Below, piece after piece: positions 1-9,491 of a DNA stretch of 32,000 bases (positions are counted from its first letter, which is position 1; every line of letters starts with the position of its first letter). Made by a program: the position numbers and the translations under genes. The DNA lies in assembly GCA_029851245.1 (NCBI GenBank), contig CP099826.1, forward strand, positions 104,281 to 136,280, in the 5' to 3' direction. Origin of the DNA: Candidatus Saccharimonadota bacterium. Lineage in GTDB: Bacteria > Bacteroidota > Bacteroidia > Flavobacteriales > Blattabacteriaceae. Below the pieces are notes generated by a model, which saw only the letters and a list, made by a program, of their open reading frames with translations, had not been told where the DNA came from and did not search any database.

Positions 1-339
1 ATATATAATTATCCTAAAAAAATTAAACCTTTTTATATGAAAAGTAATAAAGATAATATTACTGTAAAATCATTTGATATAATATTTCCTAATGTAGGAG
101 AAATTATAGGAGGTTCTGAAAGAGAAATATCATATATAAAAATTTTAAATAATTTTAAAAAAAAAAATAAAAATAAAAATATAAATAATATAAAATGGTA
201 TTTAAATTTAAGAAAATTAGGTAAAATATATCATAGTGGTTTTGGATTAGGTTTTGAAAGATTAATACAATTTATAACAGGTATGAAAAATATAAGAGAT
301 GTAATACCTTTCCCAAGATATCCTGGTAATATTAATTAA
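1..339 (+). CDS. asnS: Asparagine--tRNA ligase, C-terminal end (partial; the gene starts upstream of the window)
   Basis: The frame is open from base 1 (IYNYPKKIKPFYM...). It ends with the class IIb motif-3 region GFGLGFERLIQFITGMKNIRDVIPFPRYPG. The ORF track only shows it from an internal ATG at 37. Confidence 0.85.
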   Translation: MYNYPKKIKPFYMKSNKDNITVKSFDIIFPNVGEIIGGSEREISYIKILNNFKKKNKNKNINNIKWYLNLRKLGKIYHSGFGLGFERLIQFITGMKNIRDVIPFPRYPGNIN

Positions 340-353
340 GATTATTAATAATA

Positions 354-1511
354 ATGAAATATATATATTTAGATAGTGCGTCTAATAATAAAATGAAAAA
401 AGAAGTTATAAAATATTATAAAAAAATATTAAGTAATAAATACTTATCTAATCCTTCGTCTTTACATTATTATGGGATAAAAACAAGAGGATATATTGAA
501 ATTGCTAGAGAAAAAATATCAAAAATAATAAATTGTGAATCTTCAGAAATATATTTTACTTCTAGTGGAACTGAAGGAAATAATATAATTATAAAATTAA
601 TAGTAAATAATTTAAAGATAAAAAATATAATAACTTCTAAATTAGAACATTTATCAGTTTTAAAAACTATTTTAAATATTAAAAAAAAAAATAATAATAT
701 AAAATTATATTTTATAAAAAATAATAGTAAAGGAATATTAGATATTAATAAATTAAAAAAAATATTAAAAAAAATTAAAAAAGAAAATAATTTAGTAAGT
801 ATTATGTCTATAAATAATGAAATAGGAAATATTAATAATTATAATAAAATAGGAAAATTATGTAAAAAATATAATACTTATTATCATTCTGATTTCGTAC
901 AATATATAGGCCATTATAAAATAAATATAAAAAAAATATTTTGTGATTTTTTAACTGCTAGTGCACATAAATTTTATGGCCCATTAGGAATAGGTTTTAT
1001 ATATATAAATAAAAGAATAAATATAAAAATAAATATTTATTATAATAATATAAAATCTAGTACTAATAATATATATGGTATTTTAGGTTTATATAAAGCA
1101 TTACAAATAAATAATAAAAATTATAAAATAGAAAATAAAAAAATATTATTATTAAAAAAAAAATGTATAAAATATTTAAAAAAAAATATTAATAATATAA
1201 AATTTAATGGATTATCTAATAATTTAAAAAAAAGTTCAATAAATATATTAAATATTAGATTACCTATTAAAGATAATTTATTACATATAAAATTAGAATT
1301 AAAAGGAATAATAATTTCTAAAAATAGTACTTGTAGTAATTATTCACATGTTTTAAAAAATATAATAAATAAAAAAGAATTTAAAAATACTACTTCAATA
1401 AGAATATCATTTAATATATTTAATAAATATTTAGATATAAAATTATTTATATATGAATTAAAAAATATTATAAATAATAATAATAATAATTTTAATTTAA
1501 TAAAAATTTAA
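354..1511 (+). CDS. iscS: Cysteine desulfurase, class V aminotransferase (IscS/NifS type)
   Basis: By eye it is colinear with IscS: ITSKLEHLSVL, VSIMSINNEIGNI, the PLP-lysine motif SAHKFYGPLGIGFIY and the active-site Cys loop SKNSTCSNYSHVL. Confidence 0.78.
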   Translation: MKYIYLDSASNNKMKKEVIKYYKKILSNKYLSNPSSLHYYGIKTRGYIEIAREKISKIINCESSEIYFTSSGTEGNNIIIKLIVNNLKIKNIITSKLEHLSVLKTILNIKKKNNNIKLYFIKNNSKGILDINKLKKILKKIKKENNLVSIMSINNEIGNINNYNKIGKLCKKYNTYYHSDFVQYIGHYKINIKKIFCDFLTASAHKFYGPLGIGFIYINKRINIKINIYYNNIKSSTNNIYGILGLYKALQINNKNYKIENKKILLLKKKCIKYLKKNINNIKFNGLSNNLKKSSINILNIRLPIKDNLLHIKLELKGIIISKNSTCSNYSHVLKNIINKKEFKNTTSIRISFNIFNKYLDIKLFIYELKNIINNNNNNFNLIKI

Positions 1512-1650
1512 AAAAAATATAGTATATATTAGAAAAATTATTAATAATAGAGAAGTTACATTAATATGGAAATAATTATTAAAATATATAAATAATATAT
1601 TATATTAAAAATATAAAATTATTATTTATTAAAAAAATATAAAATTAAAT

Positions 1651-1938
1651 ATGAAAGAAATAAATATAAAACCTTTATATGATCGTGTAATAATAGAACC
1701 TTTACAAATAGAAAATAAAACTAAATCTGGTATTATAATACCTGATACAGTAAAAGAAAAATCACAAAAAGGAAAAGTAATAGAAGTAGGAACAGGAAAA
1801 AAAAATTATAATATGATAGTTAAAAAAGGTGATATTGTATTATATAGTAAATATTCTGGTACAGAATTAAATATTAATAATAAGAAATATTTAATAATGT
1901 ATGAAAATGATATTTTAGCAATTATAAATAATAAATAA
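1651..1938 (+). CDS. groES: Co-chaperonin GroES
   Basis: 95 aa. [12 protein letters not shown]...KSGIIIPDT...GKVIEVG is the typical Cpn10 pattern. It lies immediately upstream of groEL. Confidence 0.95.
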   Translation: MKEINIKPLYDRVIIEPLQIENKTKSGIIIPDTVKEKSQKGKVIEVGTGKKNYNMIVKKGDIVLYSKYSGTELNINNKKYLIMYENDILAIINNK

Positions 1939-1960
1939 TAAATAAAATAAATTTAATATT

Positions 1961-3589
1961 ATGGCAAAAGACATAAAATTTAATATAAAAGCAATAGATA
2001 AATTAAAAAAAGGTGTAGATATATTAGCAAATGCTGTTAAAATTACTTTAGGGCCTAAAGGAAGAAATGTAGTATTACAAAAAACATTTGGTGGGCCACA
2101 AGTTACTAAAGATGGTGTAACAGTAGCAAAGGAAATAGAATTAGAAGATCCAATAGAAAATTTAGGTGCTCAAATGGTAAAAGAAGTAGCATCTAAAACA
2201 AATGAAGTTGCCGGTGATGGTACAACAACAGCTACTTTATTAGCACAATCAATAATTAAAGAAGGATTAAAAAATGTAGCAGCAGGTGCTAATCCTATAG
2301 ATTTAAAAAGAGGAATTAATAAAACAGTAAAAATAATAGTAAAATATTTAAAAAAAATTTCTAAAGAAGTAGGTGGGAATTATAAAAAAATAAAACAAGT
2401 AGCATCAATTTCAGCAAATAATGATAATGAAATAGGAAAATTAATTTCTAAAGCTTTTGAAAAAGTTGGAAAAAATGGAGTAATTACAGTAGAAGAAGCA
2501 AAAGGTATAGAAACTTCTGTAGAAGTAGTAGAAGGTATGCAATTTGATAGAGGATATCAATCACCATATTTTGTAACTAATACAGAAAAAATGATATCTG
2601 AATTAAATAATCCATATATATTATTATGTGATAAAAAAATTTCTTCTATGAAAGAATTAATAACAGTATTAGAACATATAGCACAATCTGGTAAACCATT
2701 ATTAATAATTTCAGAAGAAGTAGAAGGTGAAGCATTAGCAACACTTGTAGTAAATAAAATTAGAGGCTCATTAAAAGTAGCAGCAGTAAAAGCCCCTGGT
2801 TTTGGAGATAGAAGAAAATCTATATTAGAAGATATAGCAATATTAACAGGAGGTACAGTAATATCAGAAGAACTGGGAAATGATTTAGAAAAAATTAAAA
2901 TAAAAGATTTAGGAAGATGTGAAAAAGTTACTATAGAGAAAGAAAATACTATTATAGTAAATGGATTAGGAAAAAGAAAAAATATTGAAAATAGAATTAA
3001 TCAAATAGAATTACAAATTAAAAATAGTGATTCTGAATATGATAAAGAAAAACTACAAGAACGTTTAGCAAAATTATCAGGTGGAGTAGCAGTATTATAT
3101 GTAGGAGCCGCTTCTGAAGTAGAAATGAAAGAAAAAAAAGATAGAGTAGAAGATGCATTAAATGCAACTAGAGCAGCAGTAGAAGAAGGTATTGTAGCAG
3201 GAGGTGGTATAGCACTTTTACGTTCTATAAAAATTTTAAAAAAAATAAAATTTAATAATAATGAAGAAAATACAAGTATAAAAATTATTGAAAGATCATT
3301 ACAAGAACCTTTAAGACAAATAGTAAAAAATTCTGGTAAAGAAGGGTCAGTAATAGTAGCAAAAGTATTAGAAGAAAAAAATGATTATGGTTATGATGCT
3401 AAAACAGGTACATATAAAAATATGTTATCTGCTGGTATAATAGATCCTACAAAAGTAACTAGAGTAGCATTAGAAAATGCAGCTTCTGTAGCTGGTATGT
3501 TTTTAACTACTGAATGTGTAATAACAGATATTAAAAAAGTAAATTCTTCAAATATTCCACAAATACCGACAGGAGGAGATATGATGTAA
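1961..3589 (+). CDS. groEL: Chaperonin GroEL
   Basis: 542 aa with [27 protein letters not shown] and a GGDMM C-terminus. The N-terminus MAKDIKFNI resembles Bacteroidota GroEL. Confidence 0.98.
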   Translation: MAKDIKFNIKAIDKLKKGVDILANAVKITLGPKGRNVVLQKTFGGPQVTKDGVTVAKEIELEDPIENLGAQMVKEVASKTNEVAGDGTTTATLLAQSIIKEGLKNVAAGANPIDLKRGINKTVKIIVKYLKKISKEVGGNYKKIKQVASISANNDNEIGKLISKAFEKVGKNGVITVEEAKGIETSVEVVEGMQFDRGYQSPYFVTNTEKMISELNNPYILLCDKKISSMKELITVLEHIAQSGKPLLIISEEVEGEALATLVVNKIRGSLKVAAVKAPGFGDRRKSILEDIAILTGGTVISEELGNDLEKIKIKDLGRCEKVTIEKENTIIVNGLGKRKNIENRINQIELQIKNSDSEYDKEKLQERLAKLSGGVAVLYVGAASEVEMKEKKDRVEDALNATRAAVEEGIVAGGGIALLRSIKILKKIKFNNNEENTSIKIIERSLQEPLRQIVKNSGKEGSVIVAKVLEEKNDYGYDAKTGTYKNMLSAGIIDPTKVTRVALENAASVAGMFLTTECVITDIKKVNSSNIPQIPTGGDMM

Positions 3590-3620
3590 TATAATAAAAT
3601 TAAATAATTAATAATAATTT

Positions 3621-3654
3621 AAAAAAGCAATAATTTTTAAATTATTGCTTTTTT
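3621..3654 (+). terminator. Putative intrinsic terminator hairpin downstream of groEL
   Basis: AAAAAAGCAATAAT-TTTTAA-ATTATTGCTTTTTT forms a perfect inverted repeat with an A-tract and T-tract flank. It lies 32 nt after the groEL stop and is one of the few G/C-containing intergenic elements. Confidence 0.55.
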
Positions 3655-3842
3655 ATTATTATTAGAATAATAAAAAGCTTTTTTAAAAGAATTATTTATT
3701 TTATATATAAAAAATATAACATAAATATTATTAAATTATAAAAATAATAATATTTTTAATAAATATATTTTATTAATATTTAATATATTTAAATGTTTGT
3801 TAAAAAATTAAATTTATTTTTTATATTAAATATAATAAATAT

Positions 3843-5615
3843 ATGAAATTTATAAGAAATTTTTGTATTATAGCACATATAGATCATGGTAAAAGTACTT
3901 TAGCATATCAATTATTAAAATATACAAATACCATAAAAGATAATAAAAATAAATTATTGGATAATATGGATTTAGAAATAGAAAAAGGTATAACTATTAA
4001 AAATCATATAGTTCCAATAAAATATAATTATAAAAATAATATATATACATTAAATTTAATAGATACCCCAGGACATGCAGATTTTTCATATGAAGTATAT
4101 AAATCAATATTAGCATGTGAGGGAGTATTATTATTAATAGATATTTCTAAAAGTATTCAATCACAAACGATATCAAATTTTAATTTTGCTTTTAAAAAAA
4201 AAAAAAAAATAATTCCAGTATTAAATAAAATAGATTTAAATATAAATTATAATAATGTAATTAATGATGTTAAAAAATTATTAAATTGTAGTAATAATGA
4301 AATTTTACATATAAGTGCTAAAAAAGGTATAGGAATTAGTAAATTAATAAAATTTATAATTGAAAAAATACCTTCTCCTAATGGTAATAAAAATTTACCT
4401 TTAAAAGCTTTTATTATTGATTCTAATTATGATAATTATAAAGGGATTAAAATATATTTTAGAATTTTTAATGGAATATTAAAAAATAATGATAAAATTA
4501 AATTATTGTCAAATAATAAAAAAATTAAAATAGAAAATTTAAGTTTATTAAATAATAATAAAGTTAAAATAATATATCCTGGAAATGTAGGATATTTTAT
4601 ATATAAAACTAAAAAATTAGAAAATATTAAAATTGGAGATACTATAGTTTCTATAAATGATGTAAAAACAAAATATATAATAAAATTAAAATATTTTAAA
4701 AAAATGGTATTTATTGGGATATTTCCAGTTAATAATAAAGATTATGAAAATTTAAAAAATGCTATTAAAAAATTAAAATTAAATGATTATTCATTTTCCT
4801 ATTATAAAGATTTTTCTAATACTTTTGGTTTTGGATTTAGATGTGGTTTTTTAGGAATATTACATTTTGAAATTATTAAAGAAAGAATATTTAGAGAATA
4901 TAATATAAATATTATTACTACTATACCAAATGTAAAATATAAAATTTATTTAAAAAATAAAAGAATTAAAAAAATTAATAATCCATTAAATTTACCAAAA
5001 ATTAATAATATAAAATATATTAAAGAACCATATGTAAAAATTATTATTTATACTAATGATAAATATATAGGTAAAATAATATCATTTTGTATTAAAAAAA
5101 GAGGAATTTTTAAAAAACAAATTTATATATCTTCATTAAAGATAAAATTAATATTTAATATACCATTTTCTGAAATTATTTTTGATTTTAATAATGAATT
5201 AAAAGCAATAACAAAAGGATTTTCTACAATATATTATAAATTTATAGGATATAAAAAATCAAATATTGTAAAAGTTGATATATATATAAATAATATTATA
5301 GTAGATGGTTTTTCATTTTTTTCACATATTAATAATGCTTATATTAAGGCAAAAAAGATATGTAAAAAATTAAAAGATTTAATACCTAAAAAACAATTTA
5401 TAATACCTATACAAGCTTATATATATAATAAAATAATAGTAAGAGAAAATATTATGCCATTTAAAAAAGATGTTATTTCTAAATGTTATGGTGGAGATAT
5501 TTCTAGAAAACTTAAATTATTAAATAAACAAAAAGAAGGGAAAAAGAAAATGCGTAAAATTGGAAAAATTGAATTACCAAATAATATTTTATTTTCTCTT
5601 ATTAATTTAGATTAA
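3843..5615 (+). CDS. lepA: Translation elongation factor 4 (LepA)
   Basis: 590 aa. IRNFCIIAHIDHGKSTLA, DTPGHADFSYEV, NKIDL and the LepA-specific C-terminal region KCYGGDISRKLKLLNKQKEGKKKMRKIG. Confidence 0.93.
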   Translation: MKFIRNFCIIAHIDHGKSTLAYQLLKYTNTIKDNKNKLLDNMDLEIEKGITIKNHIVPIKYNYKNNIYTLNLIDTPGHADFSYEVYKSILACEGVLLLIDISKSIQSQTISNFNFAFKKKKKIIPVLNKIDLNINYNNVINDVKKLLNCSNNEILHISAKKGIGISKLIKFIIEKIPSPNGNKNLPLKAFIIDSNYDNYKGIKIYFRIFNGILKNNDKIKLLSNNKKIKIENLSLLNNNKVKIIYPGNVGYFIYKTKKLENIKIGDTIVSINDVKTKYIIKLKYFKKMVFIGIFPVNNKDYENLKNAIKKLKLNDYSFSYYKDFSNTFGFGFRCGFLGILHFEIIKERIFREYNINIITTIPNVKYKIYLKNKRIKKINNPLNLPKINNIKYIKEPYVKIIIYTNDKYIGKIISFCIKKRGIFKKQIYISSLKIKLIFNIPFSEIIFDFNNELKAITKGFSTIYYKFIGYKKSNIVKVDIYINNIIVDGFSFFSHINNAYIKAKKICKKLKDLIPKKQFIIPIQAYIYNKIIVRENIMPFKKDVISKCYGGDISRKLKLLNKQKEGKKKMRKIGKIELPNNILFSLINLD

Positions 5616-5666
5616 TAATAATTTATTATTTATATTATAAATATTAATTAATATTTATTAATTTTT

Positions 5667-5754
5667 GGAGAGTTGCCGGAGTGGTTTAACGGAACAGTTT
5701 GCTAAACTGTCAGCAATAATAAATGCTACATGGGTTCAAATCCCATACTCTCCG
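5667..5754 (+). tRNA. tRNA-Ser (anticodon GCU), type II with a long variable arm
   Basis: Manual cloverleaf: acceptor GGAGAGT/ACTCTCC, anticodon stem-loop ACAGT-TTGCTAA-ACTGT, long variable arm, T-arm ATGGG-TTCAAAT-CCCAT. No encoded CCA. Confidence 0.9.
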
Positions 5755-5769
5755 ATAAATTATTAATTA

Positions 5770-5845
5770 CGGGGTGTAGCGTAGCCAGGATTATCGCGCC
5801 TGGTTTGGGACCAGGAGATCACAAGTTCAAATCTTGTCACCCCGA
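5770..5845 (+). tRNA. tRNA-Pro (anticodon UGG)
   Basis: Acceptor CGGGGTG/CACCCCG, anticodon arm CCTGG-TTTGGGA-CCAGG, T-arm ACAAG-TTCAAAT-CTTGT. No encoded CCA. Confidence 0.9.
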
Positions 5846-5865
5846 TTTTTAAAAATTAATTTAAT

Positions 5866-5939
<74 letters not shown>

Positions 5940-5955
5940 TATTATTATTTAAATA

Positions 5956-6384
5956 ATGAAAAATATTATTAATAAAAAAGCTTATTATAATTATTATTTA
6001 TTAGAAAAATATAATGCTGGGATGAAATTATCAGGTAAAGAAATTAAAGCAATAAGAAATAATAAAATTGATATATATAATTCATATTGTTATATATATA
6101 ATAATGAAATATATATTTATAATTTGAAATTTTTTAATATTAAAAATAATAATAAAATAAAATTATTATTATTTAAAAAAGAAATAAATAAAATAAAAAA
6201 TAAAATAACAAATAATAAAAATTTAACTATTATACCAACTAAAATATTTATATCAAATACAGGGTTTGCAAAAATTGAAATATTTATTTCAAAAAGAAAA
6301 AAAAAATATAATAAAAAAGAAATATTTAAAAAACAAGAAAAAATAGATAAAAATAATATAAATAATATTTTAAATAAATATTAA
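5956..6384 (+). CDS. smpB: SsrA-binding protein SmpB (trans-translation)
   Basis: 142 aa. NKKAYYNYYLLEKYNAGMKLSGKEIKAIR and the later GFAKIEI...KRKKKYNKKE match the SmpB layout. Confidence 0.85.
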   Translation: MKNIINKKAYYNYYLLEKYNAGMKLSGKEIKAIRNNKIDIYNSYCYIYNNEIYIYNLKFFNIKNNNKIKLLLFKKEINKIKNKITNNKNLTIIPTKIFISNTGFAKIEIFISKRKKKYNKKEIFKKQEKIDKNNINNILNKY

Positions 6385-6433
6385 TATATTATTATTAATA
6401 TTTATTTAAAATATTAAATTTAAGTATAAATAA

Positions 6434-7525
6434 TTATTTTTTTATTTTAGTATTTATTTTTTTTTTATTTAATTGTAATTCTATAGATTTTTTATGAATT
6501 TCATCAAATATTTTTTGTATTAATAATTCATCTAAATTTAATATTTTACATATTTCTTTATATTTGTTTTTTTGTTTTAACATTATATCTTTTTGTATAA
6601 TATTTAAATTATATTTATTTTTAATTTCTCCAATTTTATTAGAAGATATAAATCTATTTTTTAATAAATATATAATATTTTCATCTATTTCATTAATATT
6701 ATTTCTATATATATTTAAAGTATTAATATATTTTTTTTGTATTTTTTTTTTTAATAATATTTTACTTAAAATTTCTGTTAATTGTGTAGGTGTAATTTGT
6801 TGATTTGCATCACTTAATGCTTTTTTAGGATTATTATGTGTTTCTATCATTAATCCATCATATCCAAAATTAATTGCTTTTTTAGAAACTTCATATATTT
6901 TATTACTATCTCCTGTTATATGTGAAGGATCACATAAAATTGGAATATTAGGGAATTTTTCTTTTAATTTTAAAACTTCTAACCAACATGGTTGATTTCT
7001 ATATTTTTTACTTTTATATATTGAAAAACCTCTATGAATAATACCAATATTATAAATATTATTTTTTATAAATCTTTCAATTGCTCCTATCCATAATTCT
7101 ATATCTAAATTTAATGGATTTTTAATTAATATTATATTTTTAGAATTTTTTAAACTATCTGATATTTCTTGTATAGTAAAAGGATTACAAGTACTTCTTG
7201 CTCCTATCCATAATATATCAATTTTATATTTTAATGCTAATTTTACATGATTTTTATTAGCTACTTCTGTAGCTAATAATAAATTATATTTTTTTTTAGC
7301 TTTTACCATCCATTTTAAACCTTCTTCTTCTTTACCTTCAAACATACCTGGTTTAGTTCTAGGTTTCCAGATACCAGCTCTAAATACTTCTACATAGGAT
7401 TTATTTAAATCTTTTGCAATATTTAAAACTTGTTTTTCATTTTCTGCACTACATGGGCCAGAAATAATTAATGGATATGAAAATTTTTTTATCCAATTAT
7501 TATTAATTTTTTTAATATTTTTCAT
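6434..7525 (-). CDS. aroG: Bifunctional 3-deoxy-7-phosphoheptulonate (DAHP) synthase / chorismate mutase type II
   Basis: 363 aa. The N-terminal class I-beta DAHPS/KDO8PS-like barrel shows ISGPCSAE, FRAGIWKPRTKPG, LWIGARS, DPSH and GLMIETH. The C-terminal CM2 helix region shows INEIDENIIYLLKNRF. This architecture is typical of Bacteroidota. Confidence 0.85.
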   Translation of the reverse strand: MKNIKKINNNWIKKFSYPLIISGPCSAENEKQVLNIAKDLNKSYVEVFRAGIWKPRTKPGMFEGKEEEGLKWMVKAKKKYNLLLATEVANKNHVKLALKYKIDILWIGARSTCNPFTIQEISDSLKNSKNIILIKNPLNLDIELWIGAIERFIKNNIYNIGIIHRGFSIYKSKKYRNQPCWLEVLKLKEKFPNIPILCDPSHITGDSNKIYEVSKKAINFGYDGLMIETHNNPKKALSDANQQITPTQLTEILSKILLKKKIQKKYINTLNIYRNNINEIDENIIYLLKNRFISSNKIGEIKNKYNLNIIQKDIMLKQKNKYKEICKILNLDELLIQKIFDEIHKKSIELQLNKKKINTKIKK

Positions 7526-7572
7526 ATTATATTAATATATTAAATATATAATTTATATTAAATATATAAATT

Positions 7573-8013
7573 TTATTTTAAATAATCAATTATTAATTTA
7601 CCATTTATATGATCATATTCATGTTGAAATATAATAGATAGAAAATTATTTAATATTTTATATTTTTTTTTCCAATTAATATTATAATATTTAACTTTTA
7701 TTATTTTTTTTCTAATTATTTTAATCTTTAATCTAGGGAGACTTAAACAACTTTCTTTACTAATTATATTTTTTTTACTATATTTAATAATTTTAGGATT
7801 TATATAAGTTTCTTTTATATTATTAATACCAATAATAAATAATTTAATATTTTTACCTATTTGTGGAGCTGCTAAACCAATACCATTATTATAATACATT
7901 GTATCAAACATATTATTAATTATAGAATTAATGTTTTTATATTTTTTTATATTTTTATTTATTTTTCTTAATTTTGAATTTTCATTTTTATATATTAATA
8001 TTGGTAATATCAT
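7573..8013 (-). CDS. def: Peptide deformylase
   Basis: 146 aa with all three PDF motifs: GIGLAAPQIG, ESCLSLP and QHEYDHINGKL. Confidence 0.9.
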   Translation of the reverse strand: MILPILIYKNENSKLRKINKNIKKYKNINSIINNMFDTMYYNNGIGLAAPQIGKNIKLFIIGINNIKETYINPKIIKYSKKNIISKESCLSLPRLKIKIIRKKIIKVKYYNINWKKKYKILNNFLSIIFQHEYDHINGKLIIDYLK

Positions 8014-8066
8014 AATATTATAAATAATTATTTAATATTTATTATAATAATAATATTTTTAAAATT

Positions 8067-9485
8067 ATGAATAAAAAGCTAATATTAAATAATAAAATAT
8101 TTATAAATATTTCAAAAATTAGTGATAAATTGAAATATAAAACTTATTTAATAGGAGGATATGTTAGAAATTTATTATTATTTAATATTATTTCTTATGA
8201 TATAGATATTGTAACTACAGGTGATAGTTTTTTATTAGCTAAATATTTTTCTAAAAAAATAATTACTAATAAAATTTTTTTTTTTAAAAGATATAAAACA
8301 GCTATTATTAAATATAATAATTATAATATAGAATTTGTGAGTACTAGAAAAGAATATTATAATATTTATAATAATAAACCAAAAATAAAAATTTTAAATT
8401 CTATTATTGATGATCAAAAAAGAAGAGATTTTACAATAAATTCTATTGCAATATGTTTAAATAAAAAAAATTTTTTAAAAATTATTGATAAATATAATGG
8501 AATAAAAGATTTAAAAAATAAAATTATTAGAACTCCTATAAATCCTAATATTACATTTTATGAAGATCCTTTAAGAATGATAAGAGCTATAAGATTTTCT
8601 ACACAATTAAATTTTAATATTAATAAAAAAATTAAAATTTCTATTATTAATAATATAGATAGAATTAGAATAATACCAATTGAAAGAATAGTACAAGAAT
8701 TTAATAAAATATTATTATCAAAAAAACCTTCAATAGGATTAAAATTATTATTAAAATATGGATTTTTATCAATTATTTTACCAGAATTATTAGCAATAAA
8801 TAAAATTAATAATATTAATAATTTAATATATAAAAAAAATTTTAAAAATATATTATCTATTATAGATAATATTAATACTAATAATATATGGTTAAAATGG
8901 GCAATCTTATTAAAAGATATTGGAAAACCAATATCTAAAAAATATATAAAAAATAAAAAATTTACTTTTAAATATAATGAAATAATAGCATCTAATATGA
9001 TACCTAATATATTTCATAGATTAAAATTACCAATGAAAAATAATATGAAATATGTACAAAATATTATAAAATATAATAATATTTTAATTAAATTATCTAA
9101 AAAAAATATTAATAGTAATATAATAAAAAAATATATATTTAAAATTGGATATAATAATATTAAAGATATATTTAAATTAGAAAATTCATATATAAATAAT
9201 GTAATAAATAATAAAAATAAAAAAAAATTAAAAAATAATATTATTAATATTTTTAAAAAAATTAAAAATATTAATAAAAAAAAAAATATAAATAATATAA
9301 AATTATCAATTAATGGTAATAATATAATGAAAATTTTTAATATTAAAAAAGGGGAAAAAGTAGGAATAATTAAAAAATATTTATTTAATTTAATATTTTA
9401 TGAAAAAATTAAAAATAATTATAAAGATATATATAAATTTATAAAAAAAAAATATAATAAATTAAAATTAAAATTTAATTTATAA
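8067..9485 (+). CDS. cca: CCA-adding tRNA nucleotidyltransferase (class II poly(A) polymerase/CCA family with a degenerate HD-like C-terminal part)
   Basis: LIGGYVRNLLL...DIDIVT, RRDFTINSIA and EDPLRMIRAIRF are head-domain motifs of the CCA/PcnB family. Confidence 0.8.
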   Translation: MNKKLILNNKIFINISKISDKLKYKTYLIGGYVRNLLLFNIISYDIDIVTTGDSFLLAKYFSKKIITNKIFFFKRYKTAIIKYNNYNIEFVSTRKEYYNIYNNKPKIKILNSIIDDQKRRDFTINSIAICLNKKNFLKIIDKYNGIKDLKNKIIRTPINPNITFYEDPLRMIRAIRFSTQLNFNINKKIKISIINNIDRIRIIPIERIVQEFNKILLSKKPSIGLKLLLKYGFLSIILPELLAINKINNINNLIYKKNFKNILSIIDNINTNNIWLKWAILLKDIGKPISKKYIKNKKFTFKYNEIIASNMIPNIFHRLKLPMKNNMKYVQNIIKYNNILIKLSKKNINSNIIKKYIFKIGYNNIKDIFKLENSYINNVINNKNKKKLKNNIINIFKKIKNINKKKNINNIKLSINGNNIMKIFNIKKGEKVGIIKKYLFNLIFYEKIKNNYKDIYKFIKKKYNKLKLKFNL

Positions 9486-9491
9486 TTTTAA

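Noticed and set aside
3793-3802. AAATGTTTG about 40 nt upstream of lepA, considered as a Bacteroidota -7 promoter element (consensus TAnnTTTG)
   Set aside because: It is only a partial match (AAtgTTTG). I could identify no matching -33 element, and comparable motifs were not found upstream of other genes in the window. The evidence is too weak to annotate.
6564-6803. 79-aa ORF on the plus strand (MFFCFNIISFCIIFK...)
   Set aside because: It lies entirely antisense within the well-supported DAHP synthase/chorismate mutase gene. Its F/I/L-rich composition is just the complement of K/N/I codons, and it resembles no known family.
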